This document shows positions 1 to 11,760 of a DNA stretch of 64,000 nt, piece after piece. Position 1 is the stretch's first letter, and the number at the start of each line of letters is the position of its first letter. Origin of the DNA: Sphyrna mokarran (lineage: Eukaryota); contig JAGIQG010000019.1 in assembly GCA_024679065.1 (NCBI GenBank), positions 23,622,001 to 23,686,000 of the forward strand, written 5' to 3'. The notes beneath the pieces are model-generated. The model saw only the letters and a list, made by a program, of their open reading frames with translations, had not been told where the DNA came from and searched no databases. The position numbers were made by a program, and so were the translations under genes.

Positions 1-100
1 TAAACAACCAGAAGCAACATCCTGAAATAAAGCCAATCGTGGTTAGAGGCATGCTGAGCAAATTCATGATTCTTCATTCACTGCCTCACCAGAAGAATTT

Positions 101-407
101 GTGGCACAGTAGTAGGGTGGCACAGTGGTTGGCACTGCTGCCTCACAGCATCAGGGACCTGGGTTCAATTCCCAGCTTTGATCACTATCTGTACGGAGTT
201 TGCACATTCTTCCCATGTCTGTGTGGGTTTCTTCCGTGTCATCCAGTTTCCTCACATAATTTGGTTGGGTGCATTGGCCTTGCTAAATCCTCCCTCAGTG
301 TATCTGAACAGACACCAGAGTGTGGCGACTAGGAGATTTTCACAGTAACTACATTGCAGTGTTAATGTAAGCCTACTTGTGACACTAACAAATAATAATA
401 ATAAACT
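101..407 (+). mobile_element. HE1/V-SINE, tail type B
   Basis: tRNA-like head (tggcacagtggttggcac A-box, gggttcaattccc B-box), V-domain (ggagtttgcacattct...gtgggtttc), tail ...gcctacttgtgacactaacaaataataata. Confidence 0.85.
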
Positions 408-1965
408 TCAAAACTAGTGCTGGCCCTTCCTCTGGACCAGAGGGTTCAAGTCCAATGCCTGGACTTGTTGGCCACAGAAAGAGCATTCACAACGCAGTTC
501 AACAGGCTGATAATTATCCTGGGAATCCTCCCACTATTCCCCAAATGGAAAAAAACAGTATGTGTAGATATGCTTAAAAATAAGAAGGCTCATGCCTAAA
601 GCATGAGGAAGAAATAAATGAGATTAGAAAGGAAACAAGAGATGATGTACAGCAGAGAAGGAAGTCAGCTTTATTCATTGTGCCTGTGACAGACTTTTTG
701 GTTCAACGATCCAATTAGTCACACTTCCCATATCCAGCAAGGCAAACTCTACCGTCTAGCTCACCATCTCAGTGTATTAGGTTTTGAGCTCATATCTTCT
801 AAGAACCAATAGTACATTGTTTTACACATTCCAGTTCTGATTCCTTTGATTCAAACAAGATTTTATGAAAACCATCTGGGAATTTAGCAACATTTCAACA
901 TTTCCTGCTGGTGGTTTCATGTCAATTGTATGTCATCAAGGAGTAACCCTTTCTGTTGACAAGTGGGAAGCGCTTTCAGTTTAGGGCAGGAATTTGTGTT
1001 CACTTAAGACAAACTTGTGAAACATGTATGAGTAACGCAGCCTTATGTCCTTGCTGAACTCGATATACATTATGGGAGGTTGAAAAGGGATACTTGTTAC
1101 TTCCCTGCAAATTGATTGATCTTAGTGAAATCTCCAAAGAGTCCACTGAGCAGAAAGTTAATCCAGTTCTTGTGCAACCATAAACCAGTTTAATTTTGAG
1201 AAATTGTGACCTTTCCTGAACATCATTCAATGCTGCACCAATGTTACAATTAAACATATCTAAAGTGGGAGTGATAGTCATTCTTGCAGAAAGCTACTGT
1301 AGGGAATGGCCTGATGTAAAGCTGTTTTCAAACCATCATAAATCTTATTGTTATCATCTATCATCAATCAATGTTGGATTCTCAAGAAGCCTTTAAAACA
1401 AATGTCGAGATGTTGTTGTAAGAGTTTTGCTGAAGTGCAGCCTGTTCAGTTACCCGTACTGATACTCACTGGGGTCACGGTAACTGCTACATGTGCCTTA
1501 GTATTACAGAATACTAATATATCTCTGAAACTTCCTGGGCACAATCTCCTGTTGTTTCTCCTCCAATATGTCCAACACTAGATTGATACTGCTGCATGGT
1601 GATTAAGCCTGCTGTTGTCAGTAACGATAATTTATGTGCAGCACACCAAACAAAACCTGTCTTTTTTCCGCTGCTGCTTTGTCCTAGTTAAAATTGGAGT
1701 GATTTCCAATTCTAGGAAACCAGCAACTCTGCTGGAAATTGGCACTTTTCCCTTCAACTGCTGTTAACATGCAAAACCAGCATTATGGTTGGGGTGTACA
1801 CATTTTTGTTTGTTAACTGGTTCAAACAAATTTTAGAACATGCCCTAAAGTTAAAGGCTGGCTCTTGGACAGGGAATTGCACTCTTCTGCTGTGTACATT
1901 TAGCGCACGCACAATCACTAACATCCAGAATGTATCTAACTCCACAGGAGGAACAAATGGGAAAG

Positions 1966-2335
1966 TCACCAAAAAGGAAAACGCTGGAAAATCTCAGCAG
2001 GTTTAGCAGAATTTGTAAAGAGAAAAAAGAGCTGACGTTTGGAGTCCAGATGATTCTTTGTCAAAGGCACAGAAAGTGGGAGATATTTATACTGCAGGTG
2101 AGGGATTGAGAGTTGAGTCATAGTCACAAAAACAAGGGGAAAAGCTGCTAATGACAGTCCACAGAGAGAACAGAAGGTGTGAATGGCCAAACGGCAGAGA
2201 AGCTGAAATCAGAGGGTAAAGTGCGATTGTTAAAGCTTGGGGGGAGAGGGAATATGGGTGGGAAAGAGGTAAAATTAGGAAAAGGGAAAAGAGGGAGCAA
2301 AGGGGGAGTGGCAGGAGGTGTGAAGAAGAGGCAGT
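1966..2335 (-). mobile_element. Penelope-like element 3' terminal relic
   Basis: aaaacgctggaaaatctcagcagg...gagctgacgtttggagtcc...ctttgtcaaag terminus with a degenerate hammerhead core; related short termini recur at about 36400-36505, 40280-40355, 50920-51035 and 54905-55010. Confidence 0.55.
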
Positions 2336-2875
2336 GTGAATATGTTATTGTAAACACATTTGCTAAAGACTTGAGGAGAAGTGTAGTATTAGTCTGTTCT
2401 GAACTGTGAGGGTTAACATGCGAGTGGTGAAACAGTGCAGTCAACATTAGATGTTGCAGGACACATGAGAGTGGCCTGTACTGGTGAGTCTGGTAGAAAT
2501 GGGCATGAAGGTAGTACCTAGTCAGGATTGTACCACTATATAATGATATAGTTATGTGTTATTAATAAAGTTATTGTTCAACCTTGAGAGATTAGTTTAT
2601 ATGCCAGTAAATGAATGTCTAGAATCTGTGTTTTAATTCCTGACTGGCTGAATTGCTGCTACTGAAAACAATATGAAACAAACTGATCCATGGTATCTGG
2701 TACCCTCATCTACAAGTCATATTGCTCAACATCATTTTGGCAACTTGACCTCCACATAATTCAGGTAAGCAGTATTGTGCATTTAGGCTTTTAAAAACAG
2801 CACTTGGATACTATTCTTTGTAAGCAATTAACTTAAATTTCCAAAGTATACAATTAATTGAAGAAGCTCTGAGAT

Positions 2876-3208
2876 GGGGTGGCACAGTGGTTAGCATGGC
2901 TGCCTCACAGCTCCAGGGACTTGGGATCAATTCCTGGCTTGTGTCATTTACCTATGTGAAATCTGCACATTCACCTCTGGTCTGTGTGGGATTCTTCCAG
3001 ATGCTCTAGTTTCCTCCCACAGTTCAAAGATGTGCAGGTTAGGTTGATTGACCGTGCTAAATTGCCTCTTACTGTCCTGGGATGCGTACATTAGAGGGAT
3101 TAGCGGGGTGAATGTTACAGGGTTAAGACATGGGTGGGATTGTTGTCAGTGCAGACTCAATGAGCCAAATAGTCTCCTTCTGCACTGTGGGGGTTCGCTA
3201 ACTCTATG
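2876..3208 (+). mobile_element. HE1/V-SINE, tail type A (CR1/HER1-like)
   Basis: ggtggcacagtggttagca head; tcctcccacagttcaaagatgtgcaggttagg core; tail ccttctgcactgt...ctatg. Confidence 0.85.
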
Positions 3209-3810
3209 AGCTGACAGTACTTGAAGCTCCTCCTCACCAACACATACTGTGTAAATTGAGACCGCTCGCCCTTACAATGGGTTTCCCAGATCATCAGCTG
3301 TAACTTTGTCAGAAGACCTTCAGAGGCACTGACAAATCAACATAACTGCTGTTTCTCCAGATTTTCCAAGGACCACCCCCATGGAAATCTAACCCCAATG
3401 TGCTTAATTATATTACTTCAACTTTTTCTACATCAGTTCCATTCTGTATGATATTCTATTTTGTTCTGTGCTAGCTGCCTTGCACCTCATTAATTAAAGA
3501 GATTGTTGGTTCGCAAACAATGGGTTGGGATATTAAAATCTCCAGCCTGTGTTGGTCTCAACCTACACAACAATAGGAATTTCGCAGCTGGTTTCAACAT
3601 TTTAGACCACAGCAAACGACAGCAGAATTCTGGTGCCCAACCACTCCTGCATTGAATTGGACTCAGGTATGATGCATCTATAGTAAATTTGACACCCAGC
3701 CTACGTTTTTGTTCTGACCTGTCTAGCAGTGTAAAATGGATAGCCTGGAACAGAAAGCAAGCTCTTGCAAAACTCTGCCCATTTTTGTGTCCAGTCACTT
3801 TTTACATAAT

Positions 3811-4111
3811 AGGGTGGCACTGTAGCACTGCTGCATCACTGCACCAGGAATCTGGATCAATTCCAACCTCAGGTCACTATCTGTGTGGAGTGTGCACATT
3901 TTCCACGTGTCTGTGTTGGTTTCCTCCGGATAATCCGGTTTCCTCCCACAGTCCAAAGATGGGCAGGTTAGACTTATTGGCTGTGCTAAATTGCCCCTTA
4001 CTGTCAGGGAGAATAAGCAGAGTAAATATGTGATGTTATGGGGATAGGGCCTATGGGGTTAGGATTGTGGTTGGTACAAGGCCTTTTTCTGCACTGTAGG
4101 GATTCTATGAT
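3811..4111 (+). mobile_element. HE1/V-SINE, tail type A
   Basis: Same head and core; ends tctgcactgtagggattctatg. Confidence 0.85.
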
Positions 4112-4992
4112 AATTTCCAACAGCTAAGGTAGGATTTGATGCATTGTTGAATTATTTAATGGTCATGGATCTTTTATATTCACATTCTAAACTCAAATTT
4201 TATGAAGGTAGCAATGTCTCTGCACTTCATCCATTACTGTAAAAGTTCAGGGTCTCCTTTTTCAATTAATTTCACGACTGATATCAAATCACTGAGTTGA
4301 GTAAAATTGGCAACGTTGAACAATTAAATCTGACATGATCAGGGGTAAATGCTGTCCTGCACCAGTGTCAACTGCACAGGTTAACTTACTCAGTTCATCT
4401 CATTTTATGTCATTAGCACTCCGTCTTGTTCCTGCTGATATCAAATTGGTGTATAAAACTGTTACACACATGGCAAAATAAATTTGTAGGCATCAGAAAT
4501 TAAGCTTTACAGAATTCTTCTTTCACAATTAAGGTTTGAGATCTTACCAGCTACTGATGAATCATTGAGATTCTTTTCCGATTTTCCCCTCCCATCCCAC
4601 CTTCTTCCTCCAACTACCCCCCTGCCCCACTTCCATATCAACCTTAAGAATTCACATGCACCTTTGTTATTTGGGAGGTGAGGGATAGAGGAATGTGAGG
4701 CAAGCCAGAAGGTGCCAGATGAGCAGCATCCAGTACCTACTCAGATGAAGAGGCCTTTCATTTGTGAAATGGGGTGTGAGCTTTTTCTTTGTTAAGGAAG
4801 ACATCCAACATGCCGCAACTCAACTTTCAGTCCACTTCCATTGCAAATATTATACTAACAGTGATTAGGAAAGTATCAATAGTCCTAAACTTTCAAACCA
4901 ATGAGGTGTCCCAGGCTACCACTTGGGAGATCTGAGACATTATTCAATCATCAATGCACAAACATATTAAGCAAATCACAAAATTTTATTCA

Positions 4993-5912
4993 GGCCTGGA
5001 TTTTTGCTGAGTTGGGATGACTTGGGGAGCCCTTTAATAATGGTGGCCAAGACCCGATTCCCATAGACTCCGTACCTATTCCCAGGATTTCTGATGTCCA
5101 GGAGTGCCTATTAAGATGATGAACTGGTTCTAAAGCCTGCACCCTGCACTCCCAACTTGGCCATCCCCATCGCGAGAATAGACACATTTTAACCCTCTAC
5201 AACTTTCATGTAGCAGGTGGGGTTTTCAATGTGTTGTGACTGATGAAACCACAAGAATCAAGAGTCTGCATGGGGTGGGGAGGGGTTTTTGAATTAGAAA
5301 TTCAGAAGATCTTCCCCATGCCCCTCATGCCAAAGTATACACTTCCATTTCCATTACTCCTCTATACACCTGAAAGAATTAATGAATCCCACAGCGACAG
5401 TAGGATGTGGAAAACCAAAGAGTTTAAAGATTAATTAATTGGTAACTTCACACTTCCTTAAAAATCCTATTTTTGCTACAAACCAATAAAAGTGTCAAAT
5501 ATAAGTAAACATTGTGAAATTGATAGCTGAGATCAGATGGCCAGAGTTTTGAATCAAGCAGTGTTTTCTACGAGCCTCAGGTGTTTTATAGTGGCTATCT
5601 AGGCTGTGAATAATAAGGTTTGGATGAGAACCCAGAAATCCATTAACCTGTTGAAACACCAGATCCCTTATAAGAGGAGCTGGGTGGCATAACTTGGCAT
5701 TAGGGTATTAGAGGCCATGGTGGGGTGGGTGGTATGAGGTGGCATGGGCAGTGTTTGAGGGCTGAAGAGCTTTTCGGGTTTTTTTGTTTTAACTGGGACA
5801 AGGTCCCAGAACATCAATGAAATTCTTGACCTTTTGGGCACTTTCCCCTGACGTAGGTGGGCAAACCTGGGAATTTTCCTACCTCCTCTTCTTGAGAATG
5901 CAAATTCAGGCC
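4993..5912. mobile_element. Non-autonomous TIR DNA element, PIF/Harbinger-like (920 bp)
   Basis: Ends GGCCTGGATTTTTGC ... GCAAATTCAGGCC are inverted repeats, flanked by a 3-bp direct repeat TCA (4990-4992, 5913-5915). Confidence 0.6.
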
Positions 5913-6129
5913 TCATCCTTGAGAGAAACAGCAGGGCTTAGCACTTTTACAGAGTAGCAGAGTTCCTAAACATCCAAAATTGTTAGACCACATTCACATT
6001 AATATTTGTTATCTCTTAGCAAATACTGCCACCTACAGTTATAGGAAAGAATTCAACCCTCTCAATGTGAAGCTAATATACAGCCAGCATAAAAGGAGTT
6101 ATCAAAATGTAATCATTGCAATACCCGCA

Positions 6130-6590
6130 AAGGAAGATGAAGTTAACAGGCTATTTAGTCTAACAGGTCCACGTCAGCGTTTATATGCTTCAAATGGCAC
6201 CCCTCCCACCCAAAAAGAAAATATCCTTCTCGTTCTTGATCTCTCGTGCTTATTTAGCTTCTCTTAAGTTATTTGCTTCAGCTACTTCCTGTAGTAGCAT
6301 GTTCCACATTCATGTAAAGGATTTTCTTCTGTATTTCCTATTGGATTTGCTGTTGACTAATTTATATTTAAGGCCCTCCTTGCAGTCTCACTCACAAGCG
6401 AAAACATCTTCTCTATATCTACCCTATCAAAACATTTTAAAATCTTGAAAGTTTTTATCAGGTTACCTGTCAATATGAACAAGGGACTGTTCAATCATTC
6501 CTGTCAGGAATAACCTTTCAGTTTTGGTATAATTTTGTCAATCTTTCTTGTGAGTCGTCTATTTCCTTTAAGTCAAAGCTCTATCTTTCT
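6130..6590 (-). mobile_element. Old CR1-type LINE 3' fragment
   Basis: Degenerate similarity to the reverse complement of the CR1 3' ends elsewhere in the window (ctatctaccctatc, tttttatcaggttacc). Confidence 0.5.
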
Positions 6591-6787
6591 TCTCAGTGAG
6601 AAGAGAAAGATTCTGTGACATCATTTCAAAGGGGAGCTGTACAATTCTCCTTCAAGTCTTGGGCAATATTTATCTACTATTAAGAAACAGAGTATTCACT
6701 TGCTTCCACATTACTTTTTGTGGGAAGCAGAAATTGGCTATCACATTTCTTACATTGCAGCACAATAATGACTATGCTTCAGAAGTA

Positions 6788-7131
6788 CATAGAACCCAGA
6801 ACCATAGAATCCCTACAGTGCTGAAAGAGGCCATTTGGCCCAATGAGTCCACACCAACTCAGAGAATCCAACCTAGGCCTTTCCCCATCCCACCCATCCT
6901 ATCCCTGCAATCCAAGGCATTTACCATGGCTAACCCAGCTAAGCTACACATCTTGGGACAATAAGGGACAATTTAGCATGGCCAATCCACCTAACCTGCA
7001 CATCTTTGAAGTGTATGAGGAAATCGAAGCACCCAGAAGAATGTACAAACTCCACACAGACACTCAAGACTGGAATTGAACCACTGGCACTATCAGGCAG
7101 TAGTGCTAATCACTGAGCCACCATGCCGCCC
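6788..7131 (-). mobile_element. HE1/V-SINE, tail type A
   Basis: catagaatccctacagtgc...ggccatttggccc...tttagcatggccaatccacctaacctgcacatctttg...gtgctaatcactgagccaccatgccgccc. Confidence 0.85.
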
Positions 7132-9084
7132 TCTAAATTAGATGCAAATGATGTGGATGAGGTCATGAAGGGCACTAGATCAATACAACTATTTTTCCTA
7201 AGGAATCTTCAAATTGATAGCCTTGAGCAGCAAGAAAATCTAGCAGAGGACGAGCAACTTCAAGAGGACAATCTGTAGTCAGTTATAAGAATCATTTATG
7301 TTACTGTCATATAGGAGGCATCTTCTTGACTTTTATACTTGGCTGAACACATTAAAAAACTGGTCTATGCCATCTTTCCAAAAGGTCCATAATTGCCACA
7401 TTTTGCGCTCAAAACTCAAAGCTCCCATTCATGCTGCCTATGAAAACATCTGAGGTGCAGATCCATAGTCTTCTGCCCAAGAACAACACTCTCTGCCCTA
7501 CAATCTACAACATCTTCTTATGACCTTCAGAATGGTCACTTAGGTGAAGTGTGGACAGTAGTACATTCAACAGAAGAACCATTACCAACCAGAGCTAAGA
7601 AATAACCATAGGAAAGAAATAAGTAAATGTGATGGAACAGAACCTCACTCGGGATGTTTTTATAAAATATATCCTTATTGTGATTTGTTATATTTAAACT
7701 GGGCCTTTCAGCCGAACAAAAGTCATTGAGATGACTCCTCTGTCTGAGAGTTATCATCTGTGAGTTTCCAGAACAAAACAATTCAATTTTTCAGGAATCT
7801 CACACATAGTTCTGTCTAAGGAGCTTCTGCAGACTAACTGGGGACTGCAAAGCCCAAATTCATTTGACAAGCTACAGTTGCTAACAGAATCTGAGTCCAC
7901 AAAGGCAATGGGCAGGATTTTACAGCCTTGCTCATCCCAAAACCATAAAATCCCACTCTAAGTCAATGGACTTCCTCATTGCCCACCTCTCGCCTGCTTT
8001 GATTCCCATGGTGGGAGGAGTGATGGTAGTGTTTCAGCTAATGAGTTTCCAAACATCGGACCCTCTTTCAAAATATGCTAGCTGTGAAATCTTCACCCTT
8101 GAACACAAGGACAATTTATAGAGATGATGGATAAACATTCTGTATTGAAGGAGAGGTAAGATCATGTTGTGTCTAAGACTACTTTGGGGAAAATAAACTC
8201 CAAAGAACTCACCCAGAGATAAGCCACAAGAACATTAGAGTTTACTGATCAACTATTCCACTTGCAATCCAGTCCTCAACAGCCTGTAGAGATAGAGAGA
8301 TAAATGTCTGGGCAATTCACCCTTCACCCTGGGTCACCTGACCCTTACTCTTAAAGGGGCTGTGCCCTGTATACATAACAGATCATATGACCAAAGACTT
8401 TAGCTGTTTGAACAAGTTAACATTGCCTTCCTGAGCTGCAAGCTCCAATCTGCAGTTTAACATGTGACTGGCAGACCACAATTGGCACCCAGCCTGACTC
8501 TGCTGGAAGTTGATACCATCGCTTACAAAACTGTTTCATCTCTGCATGCCTACTCCCTCTTGTGAAGTCAGCACCACCAGGAAAGCATGTTTTACTGTGC
8601 TAGTTTTCAGTCCAGCAGCCTCTGTAAAATAATTCCTCATTGGGCTTAAATTCTGGAACTCAAATGAACCAATCTTTATCTTCTTCATGGTCCCTGTACT
8701 GTAAGATTTTTTTCTATCCCCCACCTTTCATTGTATGAATATGAAGGTGGAAGTTGTGGACCTTCTTTTTCATGGTTGTTGAATGTGTGCAATAATCTAA
8801 CCTTCTGAGTTGATCCTACCTTGTGTTCGCTGCAGCGTTATTAATAGAAATCAGGTCACATAAAAACCAAGGAGTTGGAAAATACTCCTCCATCACCTAT
8901 GAAAAAATAATCAATACACTTTTTGTTTATAGACAGGTGATCAGTGGTAAAATCAGCGCTTATTGAACTGACCCACACTCCTGTCTATAATTTGAAGAAG
9001 ATGGGAAATAGAAAATGCAAGTGAATAAATATATTCCTAAAACAATGGGCTTTAATACCTAATATCAGCAACAATGAGCACCTT

Positions 9085-9725
9085 ATGGCTTTTTTTTGTA
9101 GCACTATCAATGTAATGATGTTCTCAAAACACTTCAGATGAGCATTGTAAAGCAGCATTAAAGGCTGAAATTCTCTGATCTTGCCCTTGGCTGGGATTCT
9201 CCAGTCCCACTGGAATTCTCAACACAATGTGTTGTGTACAATATGGACTTTTAATCTTTAATTTCTGATCAGATATATGTTGAACATCTTTTAAAGGACT
9301 TTAGCCAAACAAAGGCACTGATGTTAAAATGACTGCAGAATTCACCTGACCAACAAATCAGCCAAGTCTGGAACCTTCTGAATGTGGAGTTCTCACTAGC
9401 AGTGGTGGCGGGACGAACGACATCAGAGAATTCCAGCCCAAGCCAGCAAAGACGATAACACAGCCAAAAGATAGCTTTGAAGGAACCTTTCCTAGGAGGG
9501 TAAGGGAAATAGAGAAGCAGGGAGATTTAGGGAAGAAATCCCAGGGCTCAGGGCCTCTGCAACAGACGGCACAGTAACCAACGGTGGAGCAATCAAAATC
9601 AGTGGTGTCCCAGAGGCCCAAATTAGCAAATATCTCGGAGGGTTTTGAGGTTGGATGAGATGACAGAGATGGAACGAAGCAAGGCCATGACAGGACTTAA
9701 GAGCTAGGATGAGAATGTTCATGTA
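9085..9725 (-). mobile_element. L2-type LINE 3' fragment interrupted by the TIR element at 9162-9439
   Basis: ggagatttagggaagaaatcccagggctcagggcctctgcaacagacggcac... resembles L2 3' ORF/UTR; related fragments at about 27500-27760, 57710-57970 and 58150-58610. Confidence 0.5.
9162..9439. mobile_element. Harbinger-like MITE containing captured local sequence
   Basis: TIRs GGCTGAAATTCTCTGA (9163-9178) and TCAGAGAATTCCAGCC (9423-9438), 15/16 match; the interior duplicates 11149-11312. Confidence 0.7.
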
Positions 9726-10528
9726 TAGCTATACATAATCACAATTTCAAATGTGAAATACTGGTTCAGAAACATCTGCAACTCACACAGATGATTAATG
9801 TCAAGGATTAATATCTTACCTCATATGTCTGAGGTTGATCAAGGGGTGTAATGGCACATCTGAACAGAGCAATGGGTGAATTTGTAAAACCCTTCCTTGA
9901 CCACTAAGATCACAGGCTCAAGGGAAGTAGCCTTCTGGAAAGGGGCCTTATTGTTCTAACACGACATGTTGTGTGTCACTTAACAACGGATTTATTTCTC
10001 CTCTTCATTTTAAAGGAAGCTATTTTTCATAGCCATGATAAATAATCATAAAATAGTTTATGGAGATTCTATTAATAAAACGGAAAAGCTAGGTTGTGGG
10101 AAAAAGGCCAGTGAATTGCTGGCTTGTTAGTATATATCAACCAGCAATGCTCATGCTGCAGTTTAAGTGCGACAACATGAACAAGCAAAGTTTTTCTGCA
10201 TGAAAAGTTGCTAACTCGATTGTAACTCTCTAGTGAATTTTCATGTTTGTATTAGATGAGCAGATCATCCATCAGAATGAATTATTCATGTCCCTAGCAG
10301 ACTACTGTGCTAATTTCATACTAACTCTTGATTAATGTCTGTACTTCATCTTTGAAAGCCATGGGTATATGAAGGAACGGAATCATTGTTCCCTGAGTTG
10401 TTGCATTAACCCTTGAGAATTTCAGCCAGATTTTTTTTTAACTAAAATCAAACATATAAGACTTTATTCCAATTTACAGATTGAGTAATGTTCTACAATT
10501 CATACTTTGTCACGGTATCACTTGCCAA

Positions 10529-11108
10529 TCTTCATCTTTGCAGTTGTTACATAGAAATCATAGAATCCTACAATGCAGGAAGAGGCCATTCAGCCCATTG
10601 AGTCTGCACCAAACACATTCTCATCCAGGGCCTATCCCCATATCCTCACATATTTACCCACTAATCCCTCTAACTTGTGCATCCTGGGACGTTAAGAATT
10701 TAGAATGGCCAATCAACCTAGCCCCAACACCTTTGGACTTTGGATGAAACCTGAAAACCCAGAGGAAACTCACGCAGACACGGAGAGAATTACATTTAAA
10801 AGAAAAACATGTGTAGAGTCACAGAAGAATCATAGAATCCCTACAGCGTAGAAAGAGGCCATTCGGCCCATCGAGCCTGCACTGACAACAATCCTGCCCT
10901 ATCTACGTATTTACAAAGAACAAAACGGCATATAATCCCCCTGACACTAAGGAATAATTTAGCATGGCCAATCAACCTAATCTGCACATCTTTGGAGTGT
11001 GGGAGGAAATTGGAATACCCGGAGGAAAACCATGCAGACACATGGAGAACGTGCAAACTCCACAGAAACCAGGGTTGAACCTGGTGCTCTGAGGCAACAG
11101 TGCTAACC
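10529..11108 (-). mobile_element. Two tandem HE1/V-SINE copies (about 10529-10790, truncated; about 10830-11108)
   Basis: Both start catagaatcc(c)taca...gaggccattc(a/g)gcccat and carry the V-domain. Confidence 0.85.
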
Positions 11109-11148
11109 AGATATATTTTTTAAAAACTTTTGCATAATAAATGCTGTG

Positions 11149-11312
11149 ACAATGTGTTGTGTACAATATGGACTTTTAATCTTTAATTTCTGGTCAGATA
11201 TATGTTGAACATCTTTTAAAGGACTTTAGCCAAACAAAGGCACTGATGTCAAAATGACTGCAGAATTCACCTGACCAACAAATCAGCCAAGTCTGGAACC
11301 TCTGAATGTGGA
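11149..11312 (+). repeat. Second copy of a ~165-bp direct repeat (partner at 9224-9388)
   Basis: acaatgtgttgtgtacaatatggac...ccaagtctggaacc(t)tctgaatgtgga; by eye two substitutions and one 1-bp indel. Confidence 0.95.
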
Positions 11313-11439
11313 TTTGCCAGGAGATATGGCAAGATATAGCTTCCCTGATGGTTATCACACCTACCATTGTCTAAAATTAAGGACAATGTGACTCTAGACT
11401 TTTCTGCACATAGAAACTACTAACAACAATGGAGGACAT

Positions 11440-11617
11440 GGGCATTGTTAAGAAAAGACATTTTATCAAAGCTTTTCATCTTGTACTCATCAGGACATTC
11501 GCAAGAATAACAATATCAGGGGAAACAACAAATTTGTACTGTTTGAGAAGAGAATACTGATTGGTTGGCAAGTGGACTCTGATTGGTAGAGGAGTTGTCA
11601 TGGAGAATGCACCAGTT
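11440..11617 (-). mobile_element. Penelope-like pseudo-LTR relic with hammerhead-like core
   Basis: Minus strand reads ccaatcag...ccaaccaatcag...tgtcCTGATGAgtacaagatGAAAagctttgata; homologous to 15700-15880 on the + strand. Confidence 0.6.
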
Positions 11618-11760
11618 GAGACTGACACAGGGAGCAATCGATTAGAGGTGAGTGGAGACTGGCAAAGGGAGCAATCGGCAGGAGGGGTGGGAGACCGGCA
11701 TGGGAAATGATCGATTAGGGGTGGGTGGAGACTAGCACAGGAAGCAACCGACAGCGCGGG
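11618..11760 (+). repeat. Degenerate 36-37 bp minisatellite, 4 units
   Basis: Units start GAGAC at 11618, 11655, 11691 and 11728; consensus gagactggcacagggagcaatcgattagrggtgrgtg. Confidence 0.8.

Noticed and set aside
101-180. tRNA genes at SINE heads (here and at other copies)
   Set aside because: A/B boxes run straight into the SINE V-domain, with no cloverleaf or Pol III terminator.
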